A stretch of 32,000 bases of DNA, from positions 480,001 through 512,000 of the forward strand of contig NC_013967.1 in assembly GCF_000025685.1 (NCBI RefSeq). Reading direction: 5' to 3'. Of this stretch, positions 16,045 to 25,081 are shown in pieces. The notes beneath the pieces are model-generated. The model searched no databases and was not told where the DNA came from. It saw only the letters and a list, made by a program, of their open reading frames with translations. Source of the DNA: Haloferax volcanii DS2 (GTDB lineage: Archaea; Halobacteriota; Halobacteria; Halobacteriales; Haloferacaceae). Numbering within the stretch: position 1 is the first letter of the stretch; each line of letters opens with the position of its first letter. Position numbers and translations under genes: made by a program.

Positions 16045-17121
16045 TCAGCCTTCCATCCCGCCGAACGACAGGCCACCTTCGATGTAGCGCTGTGCGAACA
16101 GGTAGATGAGCATAATCGGCGCGGCGAACGTGAGTGCGAACGCCGAGAACCGGGCCCACGGGATGGAGTACCGGCCGACGAGCGAGTACAGCCCGACGGG
16201 CAGGGTGTAGTTGTCCGTCGAGAGCAGCGTTTGGGCGACGACGAACTCGGTCCACCCCGTGAGGAAGGTGAAGATGAACACCGTCGCCAGCCCCGCCTTC
16301 GACAGCGGCAGGATGATCTCCGTGACGATTTTCCACGACGGCGCGCCGTCAATCATCGCGGCCTCCTCGTAGGAGACGGGAATCCCGTCCATGTACGTCT
16401 TCAGGAGCCACGTGTTGAACGGGACCGCGGTGGCGGCGTAGTACGCCGACAGCGCGAGCTTGCTGTCGTTGAACCCGAACTGGACGAACAGGGCGTACAG
16501 CGCGATGAGGAGCGCGACGCCCAGCCCGCCGCCGATTTGGGTGAACAGCACGTAGCCGTACAGCACCTTCGAGCGCCCGATGAACTGCCGGCGCGACAGC
16601 GCGTACGCGCTGGGGACGATGAGACACATCGCGAGCAGCACCGTCGGAATCGCCACGGTGAGGCTGTTCGCGAAGAACCGCTTGAACTCGGAGGTCTCCG
16701 TGACCCCGTACTGCGACACGTCGAGGAACGTCAGTTCGGGCGTCTGCAAGAACACCTCGTAGCCGCCGAGGCCGAGGCTGATGCGGTAGCTCGGGACGAT
16801 GAGGTCGCCGATGACCCACAGGAACGGCTCGATGGTCGGGTCGGCCGGCCACAGGCGAATCCCGCTCGACGAGTACAGCGACGCGCCGGTGCCCGAGAAG
16901 GCCCCGACGGCGACCCAGTACAGCGGGAACAACAGGAGCGCGACGACGACCGCGGCACCGAGGGTGATGCCGGCGGTCTTCAGCACCGTCGCGGGGCTGA
17001 CGCGCCCCTCGCGGATGCCTTCGAGGGTGTACTTGGCGTCCTTAACCGACTCGACGGGAGCCATCGCGGCGGTCCGCGCGTCGGCGGCGAGTTCGGCCGC
17101 GATGTCGGAGATGACGCTCAT
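16045..17121 (-). CDS. sugar ABC transporter permease (MalG-like)
   Basis: This is a multi-TM protein with the EAA loop SYEEAAMIDGAPSWKIVTEIILPLSKAG. Its start overlaps the stop of the upstream permease (ATGA at 17118-17121). Confidence 0.92.
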   Translation of the reverse strand: MSVISDIAAELAADARTAAMAPVESVKDAKYTLEGIREGRVSPATVLKTAGITLGAAVVVALLLFPLYWVAVGAFSGTGASLYSSSGIRLWPADPTIEPFLWVIGDLIVPSYRISLGLGGYEVFLQTPELTFLDVSQYGVTETSEFKRFFANSLTVAIPTVLLAMCLIVPSAYALSRRQFIGRSKVLYGYVLFTQIGGGLGVALLIALYALFVQFGFNDSKLALSAYYAATAVPFNTWLLKTYMDGIPVSYEEAAMIDGAPSWKIVTEIILPLSKAGLATVFIFTFLTGWTEFVVAQTLLSTDNYTLPVGLYSLVGRYSIPWARFSAFALTFAAPIMLIYLFAQRYIEGGLSFGGMEG

Positions 17122-18053
17122 GCGTCGTCCACCCCGTCGGCGAGCTGTCCTTTCTTGACGTTTAGCATCATGAAGACGCCGATGACGGCCACGGCGACCA
17201 GCATGATGGCCGCGCCCTCACCGTACTTCTGGAAGCGGAACGCCTCGCGGTAGCCGTAGACGATGAGCAGTTCGTTCGTCCGCGACGGCCCCCCCTGATT
17301 GAACACGTACGGGATGAGGAACTGCTGGAACGACGCAGCGGCCGTGAGAATCGAGGCGAACAGCACGGGGCGCTTGATAGAGGGAAGCGTCACGTGCAGG
17401 AAGCGGGCGAAGAAGCCCGCGCCGTCTATCATCGCCGCCTCGTGGAGCTCCTCGGAGACGTCCTGCAAGGCGCTCACGGTGATGATGACCATGAACGGGT
17501 ACGCCAGCCACGCCTCGGTGACGTTGTAGGCGAGGAAGGCCATCCAGCGCTCGGAGAGCCAGGCGATGGAGTCGAGGCCGGCCATCCGGAGGAACTGGTT
17601 GGCGAGGCCGAACTCGGCCGAACTGAAGATGCCGCGCCAGATGGTGATGGTGAAGATGCCCGGGAGGCCGAGCGGGATGATGATGAGCGCGCGCATGAAC
17701 CGCTTGCCGCGGACGCGCTCGCCCGTCACCACGAGCCCGATGCCGAGGCCGACGAGCACCTTGAGCGCGACCGACGTGGCGACGAACAGCCACGTCACGC
17801 CCATCGAGTTCCAGAACTGGCCGTCCGAGAGGACCGTCACGTAGTTGGCGAGGCCGACCCACTGCTCTTTGCCCTGGAACAGCGTGGCCGGCTCCGCGTT
17901 GGTGAACGAGAGATACACCAGGTACAGGACGGGAAACAGCATGAACGCGAGGAAGACGAACAGCCCCGGCAGTACCAACAGCAAGGGCAGGTCGTCCTTG
18001 CTCACCACCGGGCTGTCCGCGACGCGCTCGACGGCGCTGTCGACGACGCTCAT
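17118..18053 (-). CDS. sugar ABC transporter permease (MalF-like)
   Basis: This is a multi-TM protein with the EAA loop LHEAAMIDGAGFFARFLHVTLPSIKRP. Confidence 0.92.
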   Translation of the reverse strand: MSVVDSAVERVADSPVVSKDDLPLLLVLPGLFVFLAFMLFPVLYLVYLSFTNAEPATLFQGKEQWVGLANYVTVLSDGQFWNSMGVTWLFVATSVALKVLVGLGIGLVVTGERVRGKRFMRALIIIPLGLPGIFTITIWRGIFSSAEFGLANQFLRMAGLDSIAWLSERWMAFLAYNVTEAWLAYPFMVIITVSALQDVSEELHEAAMIDGAGFFARFLHVTLPSIKRPVLFASILTAAASFQQFLIPYVFNQGGPSRTNELLIVYGYREAFRFQKYGEGAAIMLVAVAVIGVFMMLNVKKGQLADGVDDA

Positions 18054-18058
18054 CGTCC

Positions 18059-19357
18059 TTACTCCCAGTTAGACCGGATGTTTTCTTCGGCCTTCGTGAA
18101 CGCGGATTCGAGCTCCGCGTCGCCGTTTTTCACGCTGTTGAAGGCGTCTTCGAGCGGCCCCCACACGTCGCCCATGTTCGGGTGCGTCGGGATGGGGGTG
18201 CCGAGCGAGACGGACTCCGAGAAGCCCTGGACGGCCTCGGGGAGGTCGCTGCTCGAAGCGAGTTCCTTGTGGACCGGGATGTAGCCGAACTCCTCGGCGT
18301 TCGCCGAGAGCACGTCGGTGTCCGTGGTGTACCACTCGGCGAACGCGCGGGACGCGGCCGCCGTCGCCTCGTCGCCCTCCAGCGTCGAGGTGAAGTAGAG
18401 CTGCTTGACCGTCGTGTACGGCTCGGGCTCGGCGTCGCCCTCGGGCGAGGGGAGCCGGGCGATGCCGGCGTCGATGTCGTTGGAGCGAACGTCGCCGAGG
18501 AACCACGGCCCGTTGATGGCGAAGGGCGCGTTGCCCTCGAGGAAGACGGCCGCCTGCGGGTCGTAGCCCGTGTCCTTCGGCTGGTACGGGACGAAGTTGT
18601 CGAGGATGAACTGGAACCCGTCGAGGGTCGCCTCGTTCGACAGGCCGAGTTCGACGTTCGACTCGTCGAAGTAATAGCCGCCGAAGGCGTGCGCCCACGC
18701 GCTCATGAAGTAGGCGTTCAGCGGGTAGCTGAGACCGTACATCCAGTTTTCGGGGTCGTGGTACTCCTCCATGATGGCCTTCATGTCGGCGATGGTCTCG
18801 GGCGCTTCGTCCACCATCTCCCTGTTGTAGATGAGGCCGACGGTCTCGGCCGCGTAGGGGAGCGCGACGGTCGCGCCGTCGAACTGGACCGCCTCCTGTG
18901 CGGGGCGGGTGTAGACCGAGAGGTCCACGTCCAGCTGGTCGCTCTGGTCCGAGAGGAAGCCGTTCTGATAGTACTCGCCGGTCCAGTCGTGGGCCCAGTC
19001 GAACATGCCCGCGCCCTGCCCGGCGGGGATGGCGGAGGTCGTCTTCTTCCGGAGGTCAGCGATTTCGGCGGGTTTGGCCGTGTGGGCCGTCTCCGAGGTG
19101 AACGTCTCGGCGTTGGCTTCGAGCGCCTCCTTCTCGGCTTCCGCGCGCTGGTGCCAGAGCGTGAACGTCCCGCTCGGCCCCGCGGACTCGGTCTCCGCTC
19201 CGGCGGTGGTCTCCTCGCTACCGTCGTCGCCCTCCGCACCGCTCTGTTCGGACGTCTGTGTCGAATCGGTCTCCGACACGCCCACGCAGCCCGCGAGTGC
19301 GCCGACGGCCGTCGTGCCTGCCAGTTGCTTCAGGATTGTGCGGCGGTTCATTGGCAT
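18059..19357 (-). CDS. sugar (maltose/maltodextrin-type) ABC transporter substrate-binding lipoprotein
   Basis: A Tat/lipobox signal (MPMNRRTILKQLAGTTAVGALAGC) and a Ser/Thr/Glu-rich linker precede MalE-family sequence. An alternative ATG is at 19351. Confidence 0.9.
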   Translation of the reverse strand: MPMNRRTILKQLAGTTAVGALAGCVGVSETDSTQTSEQSGAEGDDGSEETTAGAETESAGPSGTFTLWHQRAEAEKEALEANAETFTSETAHTAKPAEIADLRKKTTSAIPAGQGAGMFDWAHDWTGEYYQNGFLSDQSDQLDVDLSVYTRPAQEAVQFDGATVALPYAAETVGLIYNREMVDEAPETIADMKAIMEEYHDPENWMYGLSYPLNAYFMSAWAHAFGGYYFDESNVELGLSNEATLDGFQFILDNFVPYQPKDTGYDPQAAVFLEGNAPFAINGPWFLGDVRSNDIDAGIARLPSPEGDAEPEPYTTVKQLYFTSTLEGDEATAAASRAFAEWYTTDTDVLSANAEEFGYIPVHKELASSSDLPEAVQGFSESVSLGTPIPTHPNMGDVWGPLEDAFNSVKNGDAELESAFTKAEENIRSNWE

Positions 19358-19371
19358 AACTAATCTATGAT

Positions 19372-19400
19372 GAACTATGTATTCATATATTTAATAGTTC
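19372..19400. promoter_or_regulatory. inverted repeat GAACTAT-N15-ATAGTTC bracketing the TATA box of the binding-protein operon; candidate operator
   Basis: The arms are at 19372-19378 and 19394-19400. The spacer holds the AT-rich box (ATTAAATATAT in minus sense, 19385-19395), about 33 nt upstream of the ATG at 19357. A third GAACTAT copy is at 19515-19521. The palindrome TTGAA-A-TTCAA is at 19501-19511. Confidence 0.4.
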
Positions 19401-19581
19401 GGAATGACGCCCGCATTCGCGGCGAAAATCGCCAATGAGACGGGCATCGTGAATTCGTGGAAACGACGATAGAGCGGTTCTACACAGCACTATCGAGTTT
19501 TTGAAATTCAATACGAACTATTGCATCACAAATTCAGAAAATAGGAAAACGATTATGGACGATGGGAACAGACGGGGAGTA

Positions 19582-20721
19582 ATGGCACGTCTCACACTCG
19601 AAGCGCTTCGCAAGGAGTACGACCGGGGTCGCGTCGTCGCCGTCGAGGACCTCTCGCTCGACGTCGAGGACGGCGAGTTCATCACCGTCGTCGGCCCCTC
19701 TGGCTGCGGGAAGTCGACGACGCTCCGCATGGTCGCGGGGCTCGAATCGCCCTCCGGCGGCACGATTCGAATCGGCGGCGAGGACGTCACGGACCAGCAC
19801 GCCCGCAAGCGCGACGTGGCGATGGTGTTCCAGAACTACGCGCTGTACCCGCACAAGACCGTCATGCAGAACATGGCGTTCGGCCTGCGGATGAGCACCG
19901 ACCTCTCGAAGGACGAGCGCCGCGAGCGCGTCCGCGAGACGGCGGCCATGATGGGTATCGAGGACCTCCTCGACGACAAGCCCGACGAGCTTTCGGGCGG
20001 GCAGAAACAGCGGGTCGCGCTCGGCCGCGCCATCGTCCGCGAACCCGACGTGTTCCTGTTCGACGAGCCGCTTTCGAACCTCGACGCGAAGCTCCGCACC
20101 ACGATGCGGACCGAGATTCAGCGCCTCCAGAACGAACTCGGAATCACCTCGCTGTACGTCACGCACGACCAGGAGGAGGCGATGACGATGGGCGACAAAA
20201 TCGTCATCCTCAACGACGGGAAACTCCAGCAGGTCGGCCGCCCGAAGGACGTGTACGAGAACCCCGCCAACGAGTTCGTCGGCGGCTTCGTCGGCTCTCC
20301 CTCGATGAACTTCCTCGACGTGTCGGTCGAACGCGAGGGCGACCGCCTCGTCCTCGCCGGCGACAGTCCCTTCTCGTACCGCCTGTCCGAATCGTTCTCG
20401 GCGACGCTCCGCGAGGCGACGGACGCGACCGACCTCCGTGTCGGCGTCCGCCCGGAGGACGTGGTGACTGCCTCCTCCGGCGAGAACGTCGTCGACTCGA
20501 CCGTCGGCGTCGTCGAGCCCATCGGCTCGGACAACTACCTCCACCTCGACATCGGCCCCGATTTCATCGCCCGCGTCGACTCGGACGTCGAACCCGAGAC
20601 GGGCGAGACGGTCGGCGTCACCTTCGACGAGTCGGACCTCCACGTCTTCCACCCGCGGACCGGCGAGTCGCTCCTCTCCCGCGAATCGAAGCGGCGGGCG
20701 GCCCCGACGCAGCAGGCGTGA
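19582..20721 (+). CDS. sugar ABC transporter ATP-binding protein (MalK/UgpC-like)
   Basis: Walker A GPSGCGKST, signature LSGGQKQRV and Walker B VFLFDEPLS are present, with a C-terminal regulatory (TOBE-like) domain. The track start (TTG at 19501) is implausible. An alternative ATG is at 19555. Confidence 0.93.
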   Translation: MARLTLEALRKEYDRGRVVAVEDLSLDVEDGEFITVVGPSGCGKSTTLRMVAGLESPSGGTIRIGGEDVTDQHARKRDVAMVFQNYALYPHKTVMQNMAFGLRMSTDLSKDERRERVRETAAMMGIEDLLDDKPDELSGGQKQRVALGRAIVREPDVFLFDEPLSNLDAKLRTTMRTEIQRLQNELGITSLYVTHDQEEAMTMGDKIVILNDGKLQQVGRPKDVYENPANEFVGGFVGSPSMNFLDVSVEREGDRLVLAGDSPFSYRLSESFSATLREATDATDLRVGVRPEDVVTASSGENVVDSTVGVVEPIGSDNYLHLDIGPDFIARVDSDVEPETGETVGVTFDESDLHVFHPRTGESLLSRESKRRAAPTQQA

Positions 20722-20736
20722 AGAAGTAGTTCGCTG

Positions 20737-20740
20737 TTTT
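20737..20740 (+). terminator. short oligo-T after the ATPase gene
   Basis: ctgttttctc lies 16 nt after the stop, in a convergent spacer. Confidence 0.25.
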
Positions 20741-20781
20741 CTCGCGGTCCCTCGTTGTTCGACAGCCGCGTCGCCGCCGAC

Positions 20782-22788
20782 TTACTCCCCGTCGAAGGCG
20801 CCGTCGGCGTCGAGCGTCGCCAGCGTCGCCAGCCGAAGCGCGTGCGGCCAGCCGAGCGGCGTCGCGCTGTCGGGCGTGCCGACGTCGAAGAACTGCTCCG
20901 CGAGGTAGCCCTCGTCGGTACAGAGCGGACCGTCGGGGAGGACGAGGTCGAGGAGCGCGCGGCCCTCGTCGGCGAACGTCCCCGCCCGGTCGTCGTCGTG
21001 GGCGGCCAGCAGGGCGGCGAGTTCGACGCCGGTGTTCGCGCCCCACGCGGTCGAGACGGTCCAAACCTTCTCCGAGGACTGCTCGCGCATCCGCCAGTCG
21101 TCGCCCTCGAAGCGGACCAGCCCCTTCACCTCGCTGTCGTCGGGGTCGTGCCAGAGGCCGTCGAAGACGGACTCGACGTGGCGGACGAGTCGGTCCAGCC
21201 GGTCGTCGTCGACGGCTTCGAGTCGGTCGTAGGTCCGGTGGGCCGACGCGAGCGCGAGCGCGGCGGAGTCGTAGCGGTCGTCGAGTTCGCCGTCGGCGAC
21301 GCGGAGGGCGTAACAGTCGCGGCCCTCGCTCCAGAGGCGGTCGATGCCCTCGTACACCTCGCGGGCGCGCGACGCGGCGCGGTCGGTCAGCGCCGAATCG
21401 AGGCCGGACAGCGCGAGCGCGGCGTAGGCTTCGAGGAACGTCGCGGCGGTGTGGCTGAACCGGCCGGTCATGTTCTCCCACGCGTTCTGGCAGTCGACGG
21501 GGAGGCCGTCGTCGTCGAGGGTGTCGTCGAGGCTGTCGAGGGCGCGCGAGAGCGTCTCCTCGATGTCGGTGCGGAGGTCGTCGTCGGCACAGCGGTCGTG
21601 GTAGGCCGCGAGGAAGGCGATGACGCTCCCCGTCTGGTCGGCCTGATAGTCGGCGTCGTCGCCGGATTCGAGGCGGGCGTTCGCCCACCCGGGCGCGAGC
21701 GACCCGTCGAAGGGCCAGACGCGGTGGGGCCACGAGCCGTCCTCGCGCTGGGTGCGGCAGTAGGCGCGGGCGCTGCGCTCGTGCCACGCGTCGAGGCCGA
21801 GGTCGAGTCGCTCGTCGGACTCGAAGAGGAACGTCGAGATTTCGGCGTCGTCGCGGAACCACGTGTAGCCGTAGCCGCCGGAGTAGGCGTAGTAGGGGTC
21901 GAAGTCGGGGCCGGCGATGCGGAGGCCGAGCGCCCCCGAAAGCAGCGAGAGCACGCGGATGTCGTCGCGCATCGCGGCCGATTCGCGGTGGTCGGGAACC
22001 GCGCCTTCGACTTCCGTCGCGGCGCGCTCGCGGAGGTCGTCGAGGTCGCGGGCGACGAGGTCGCGGACGCGGTCCAGCGCGTCCTCGCGACCAGTCTCGG
22101 TGTCGTCGGTGAGCAGGTGGCCGACCGCGGCCGCGCCCGATTCGAACGGGACCGTGCCGACGACCGCGCCGCTCAGTTGCCCCTCCTCGTAGCAGTCGTC
22201 GGTGCGGGGTCGCGGCAGTTCGACCTCGCCCTCCGAGAGCAGTTCGTCGAAGCCCTCGGGCACGCGCCCCTCGACGTGCTCGAAGGCCGGCGACGACGCG
22301 AGGAAGTCGTGTTCCTCGGCGTGGTACGCTTCCACCGCATCGCCGTGGGTCAGTTGTCCGACGAGCGTGTCGCGGCCGTCGGGCTGGAAGTGGACGAAGG
22401 CGACGAGTTCCACGTCGGCGTCGGTCTCGAACCGGCTGACGTGCCCGTCGTCGATTGCGAGGTCGTACTGCGTCACGTCGCCGTGGGGCGTCTCGTGGTC
22501 GGTGACGACGAGCGCGCCGTCGCCCGCGTACGACTGGCTCGCGCCCTCGTCGAACCAGTGGACGCCGGCGTCGTCGCCGACGGGGCGGACGCCGAACCGG
22601 GAGCGCTCGACGCCCCAGAGCCCGGACAGCGGGTAGCCGAAGTCGCGGAGCGAACCGTCGGTCTCGACGTGGACCAACCGGTCGCCGAGACCCGAAAACA
22701 GGCCGCTGGTCGTCCGTCGCTCGCCCGGGAACCGCGTCGGGTGGTCTGCGTGCCGCTTGTAGTCGGCCAGCGCGTCGCGTAGTTGCAT
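20782..22788 (-). CDS. glycoside hydrolase family 15 glucoamylase/glucodextranase-like protein (668 aa)
   Basis: The N-terminal beta-sandwich region begins MQLRDALADYKRH... The catalytic (alpha/alpha)6 region carries YTWFRDDAE, YQADQTGSV and QNAWENMTGRF. No signal peptide is present. A TATA-like ATTATTAT (22813-22820, minus sense) lies about 28 nt upstream. Confidence 0.9.
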   Translation of the reverse strand: MQLRDALADYKRHADHPTRFPGERRTTSGLFSGLGDRLVHVETDGSLRDFGYPLSGLWGVERSRFGVRPVGDDAGVHWFDEGASQSYAGDGALVVTDHETPHGDVTQYDLAIDDGHVSRFETDADVELVAFVHFQPDGRDTLVGQLTHGDAVEAYHAEEHDFLASSPAFEHVEGRVPEGFDELLSEGEVELPRPRTDDCYEEGQLSGAVVGTVPFESGAAAVGHLLTDDTETGREDALDRVRDLVARDLDDLRERAATEVEGAVPDHRESAAMRDDIRVLSLLSGALGLRIAGPDFDPYYAYSGGYGYTWFRDDAEISTFLFESDERLDLGLDAWHERSARAYCRTQREDGSWPHRVWPFDGSLAPGWANARLESGDDADYQADQTGSVIAFLAAYHDRCADDDLRTDIEETLSRALDSLDDTLDDDGLPVDCQNAWENMTGRFSHTAATFLEAYAALALSGLDSALTDRAASRAREVYEGIDRLWSEGRDCYALRVADGELDDRYDSAALALASAHRTYDRLEAVDDDRLDRLVRHVESVFDGLWHDPDDSEVKGLVRFEGDDWRMREQSSEKVWTVSTAWGANTGVELAALLAAHDDDRAGTFADEGRALLDLVLPDGPLCTDEGYLAEQFFDVGTPDSATPLGWPHALRLATLATLDADGAFDGE

Positions 22789-22852
22789 TGCTGAGTCGTG
22801 GGAGCCCCGCAGATAATAATCTTGGTGTAATGTTCCTTCACACTTTCATACG

Positions 22853-22862
22853 GTTTCGAAAC
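22853..22862. promoter_or_regulatory. perfect 10-bp palindrome GTTTCGAAAC in the GH15/GH13 divergent promoter region
   Basis: It lies about 31-40 nt upstream of the amylase ATG (22893), where that gene's BRE/TATA would be. Confidence 0.3.
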
Positions 22863-22892
22863 GATAACGACCCCCCTCACCCGAGGTGGGGT

Positions 22893-25076
22893 ATGCATCA
22901 CCCCGGTCCGCCGCGAGTCACGACGGTCGGCCGCCCCGTCGAACTCGCCCCGAGAGCCCCCGAACGAGACGCAACGTACCGGTGGCGCGTCCTCGACGCG
23001 CCCGCGGAGAGCGCCGCGACGGTCGGCTCGGGCCCGGTCGTCCACCTCGCACCCGACGTTCCCGGCACGTACCACCTCGAACTCGACGCGCCCGACGGCC
23101 GCCACGAACAGACCGTTCGCGCCTTCCCCGACGACCGCCGCCCGGCGACGATGGCGGTCCCCGCGGCCGCCCTCGAACCCGCGTCGCCCGACGAGGTCGC
23201 CGTCATCGGCCCGTTCAACGACCGCCTCGTCGGCCGCGACCGGCCGCGCCGCGCCGGGGACGACTACGTCCTCGACGTGGATCTCCCGCCGGGCACGCAC
23301 CCGTTCGGGTTCGCCCCGCACGACGACCTCGCGGAACAGGTCCGCGGTGACGTCGAAGTCCCCGGACCGGGCCGCCCGCGGGTTCGACTCGACGGGCGAG
23401 TCGGGCAGGAGAACAGTGACGACCTCCTCGTCGTCGCGGACGCGGAGACCGCGCCCGACGCCGAGGAAGCGACGCTCGCCGTCGAGTTCCTGTTCGACGG
23501 CCGCGACGCGCTCGACTCGAGTGACTGCGAGGTCCGCGACGACCGCCTGCGCGTCCCGGTCGACACGCTCCGCGGGGTCGACTCGTCGGAGCCGGTTCGG
23601 GTCCACGCCGTCGCGGTCCAAACGACGGCCGAGTCGGGTGAGTCGGGCGAACCGTACGTCCGGCACTCGGTTCTCGACACGCTGGTCGTGGACCCCGGCG
23701 TCGTCGCCGACGAACCCGGTTCCGGCCTCGCCGTCTCGCGGCCCGCGGACGCGCCCGAGTGGGCGCACCACGCGACCGTCTACGAGGTGTTCGTCCGGTC
23801 GTTCGCCGGCGAGACGCCCGACCCGACGTTCGACGAACTCGCCCGGCGCGTCCCCTACCTCGAATCGCTCGGCGTGGACTGCCTGTGGCTCACGCCGATA
23901 CTGGAGAGCCACACGACCCACGGCTACCACGTCACCGACTACTTCGACACCGCGTCGGACCTCGGTTCGCGCGAGGACTTCGAGGCGCTCGTCGAGCGAT
24001 GTCACGACGCCGGCATCCGCGTCGTCTTCGACCTCGTCATCAACCACACGTCGCGGGACCACCCGGCCTTCCAGTTCCATTCGACCGGCGTCCCCGGCTA
24101 CGAGGACCACTACGCCCGCGTCCCCGAGCGCGAGGACCCCTCCGAGGTCGACTGGGGCGGCCCCGGCGCGGCGGAACACTACTTCAACTGGACGCGCATC
24201 CCGAACCTCGACTACGACTCGCCCGCGGTCCGGTCGTGGATGCTCGACGTGGTCACCGAGTGGGCGGCGGTCGTCGACGGCTTCCGCTGCGACGTGGCGT
24301 GGGGCGTCCCCCACGGCTTCTGGAAGGAGGTCCGCGAGCGGGTGAAAGCCGACGACCCCGACTTTCTGCTCCTCGACGAGACCATCCCGCGGGACCCCGC
24401 GTACCACGAAACCGAGTTCGACGCCCACTACGACACGACGCTGTACGGGGCGCTCCGAGCTATCGGCGCGGGCGAGAGACCGGCGACGGCCCTCCTCGAC
24501 GCCGTCGCCGACGCCCGCTGGCACGGGTTCCCCGACGACGCCGTGCAACTTCGCTACATCGAGAACCACGACGAGGAGCGCTACCGGAGCGCAGTCGGAG
24601 ATGACGCGCTTCGGGCGGCCGCGGCCGCGACGTTCACGCTCCCCGGCGCGCCGATGATATACTACGGGCAGGAGACCGGCGTCGCGGACCGGCGCGGGAC
24701 GATGCGCTGGTACGACGCCGACACCGACCTCGTGGATTTCCACCGGCGGCTCTCCCGCCTCCGCGACGCGCACGAGGCGCTCCGCGCCGGCGACGTCGAA
24801 CCCGTCTCTGCCAGCGTTGCCCCCGCCGGAGACGATGGTGTCGAGGCCGACCGCGTGGTCGCGTTCGCCCGCGACGACGGAACCGACCGACTCGTCGTCG
24901 TCCTGAACTTCGACGGGGAGCCGACGACCGTCGAACTCGGCGCGGAGACGGCCGAGATCGACCTGCTGACGGGCGAGCGAGTCGGCGCGAGCGGCGCGGC
25001 CGCGGGCGATGGGGGCGTCCGCGTCACCGTCGCCGACGCGGTCGTGCTCCGCGCCATCGGTGATTCGAGCCATTAA
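22893..25076 (+). CDS. glycoside hydrolase family 13 alpha-amylase-family enzyme (727 aa) with an N-terminal extension of about 300 aa
   Basis: The four GH13 regions are VVFDLVINHTS, GFRCDVAWGV, LLLDETI and YIENHDEER. No signal peptide is present. The start was chosen at MHHPGPPRV; the track start is 35 codons upstream, in AT-rich promoter DNA. Confidence 0.9.
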   Translation: MHHPGPPRVTTVGRPVELAPRAPERDATYRWRVLDAPAESAATVGSGPVVHLAPDVPGTYHLELDAPDGRHEQTVRAFPDDRRPATMAVPAAALEPASPDEVAVIGPFNDRLVGRDRPRRAGDDYVLDVDLPPGTHPFGFAPHDDLAEQVRGDVEVPGPGRPRVRLDGRVGQENSDDLLVVADAETAPDAEEATLAVEFLFDGRDALDSSDCEVRDDRLRVPVDTLRGVDSSEPVRVHAVAVQTTAESGESGEPYVRHSVLDTLVVDPGVVADEPGSGLAVSRPADAPEWAHHATVYEVFVRSFAGETPDPTFDELARRVPYLESLGVDCLWLTPILESHTTHGYHVTDYFDTASDLGSREDFEALVERCHDAGIRVVFDLVINHTSRDHPAFQFHSTGVPGYEDHYARVPEREDPSEVDWGGPGAAEHYFNWTRIPNLDYDSPAVRSWMLDVVTEWAAVVDGFRCDVAWGVPHGFWKEVRERVKADDPDFLLLDETIPRDPAYHETEFDAHYDTTLYGALRAIGAGERPATALLDAVADARWHGFPDDAVQLRYIENHDEERYRSAVGDDALRAAAAATFTLPGAPMIYYGQETGVADRRGTMRWYDADTDLVDFHRRLSRLRDAHEALRAGDVEPVSASVAPAGDDGVEADRVVAFARDDGTDRLVVVLNFDGEPTTVELGAETAEIDLLTGERVGASGAAAGDGGVRVTVADAVVLRAIGDSSH

Positions 25077-25081
25077 GTATC

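Noticed and set aside
19501-19581. ORF-track start (TTG at 19501) of the ABC ATPase, adding MKFNTNYCITNSENRKTIMDDGNRRGV.
   Set aside because: The extension lies in AT-rich promoter DNA with atypical codons. Homology to MalK/UgpC ATPases begins at MARLTLE (19582).
20755-25073. 675-aa plus-strand ORF (20755-22782) and 866-aa minus-strand ORF (22473-25073).
   Set aside because: They are antisense to the GH15 and GH13 genes respectively. Both of those genes carry clear catalytic motifs in the opposite frames. The antisense products are Arg/Gly/Val/Asp-rich with no motifs.
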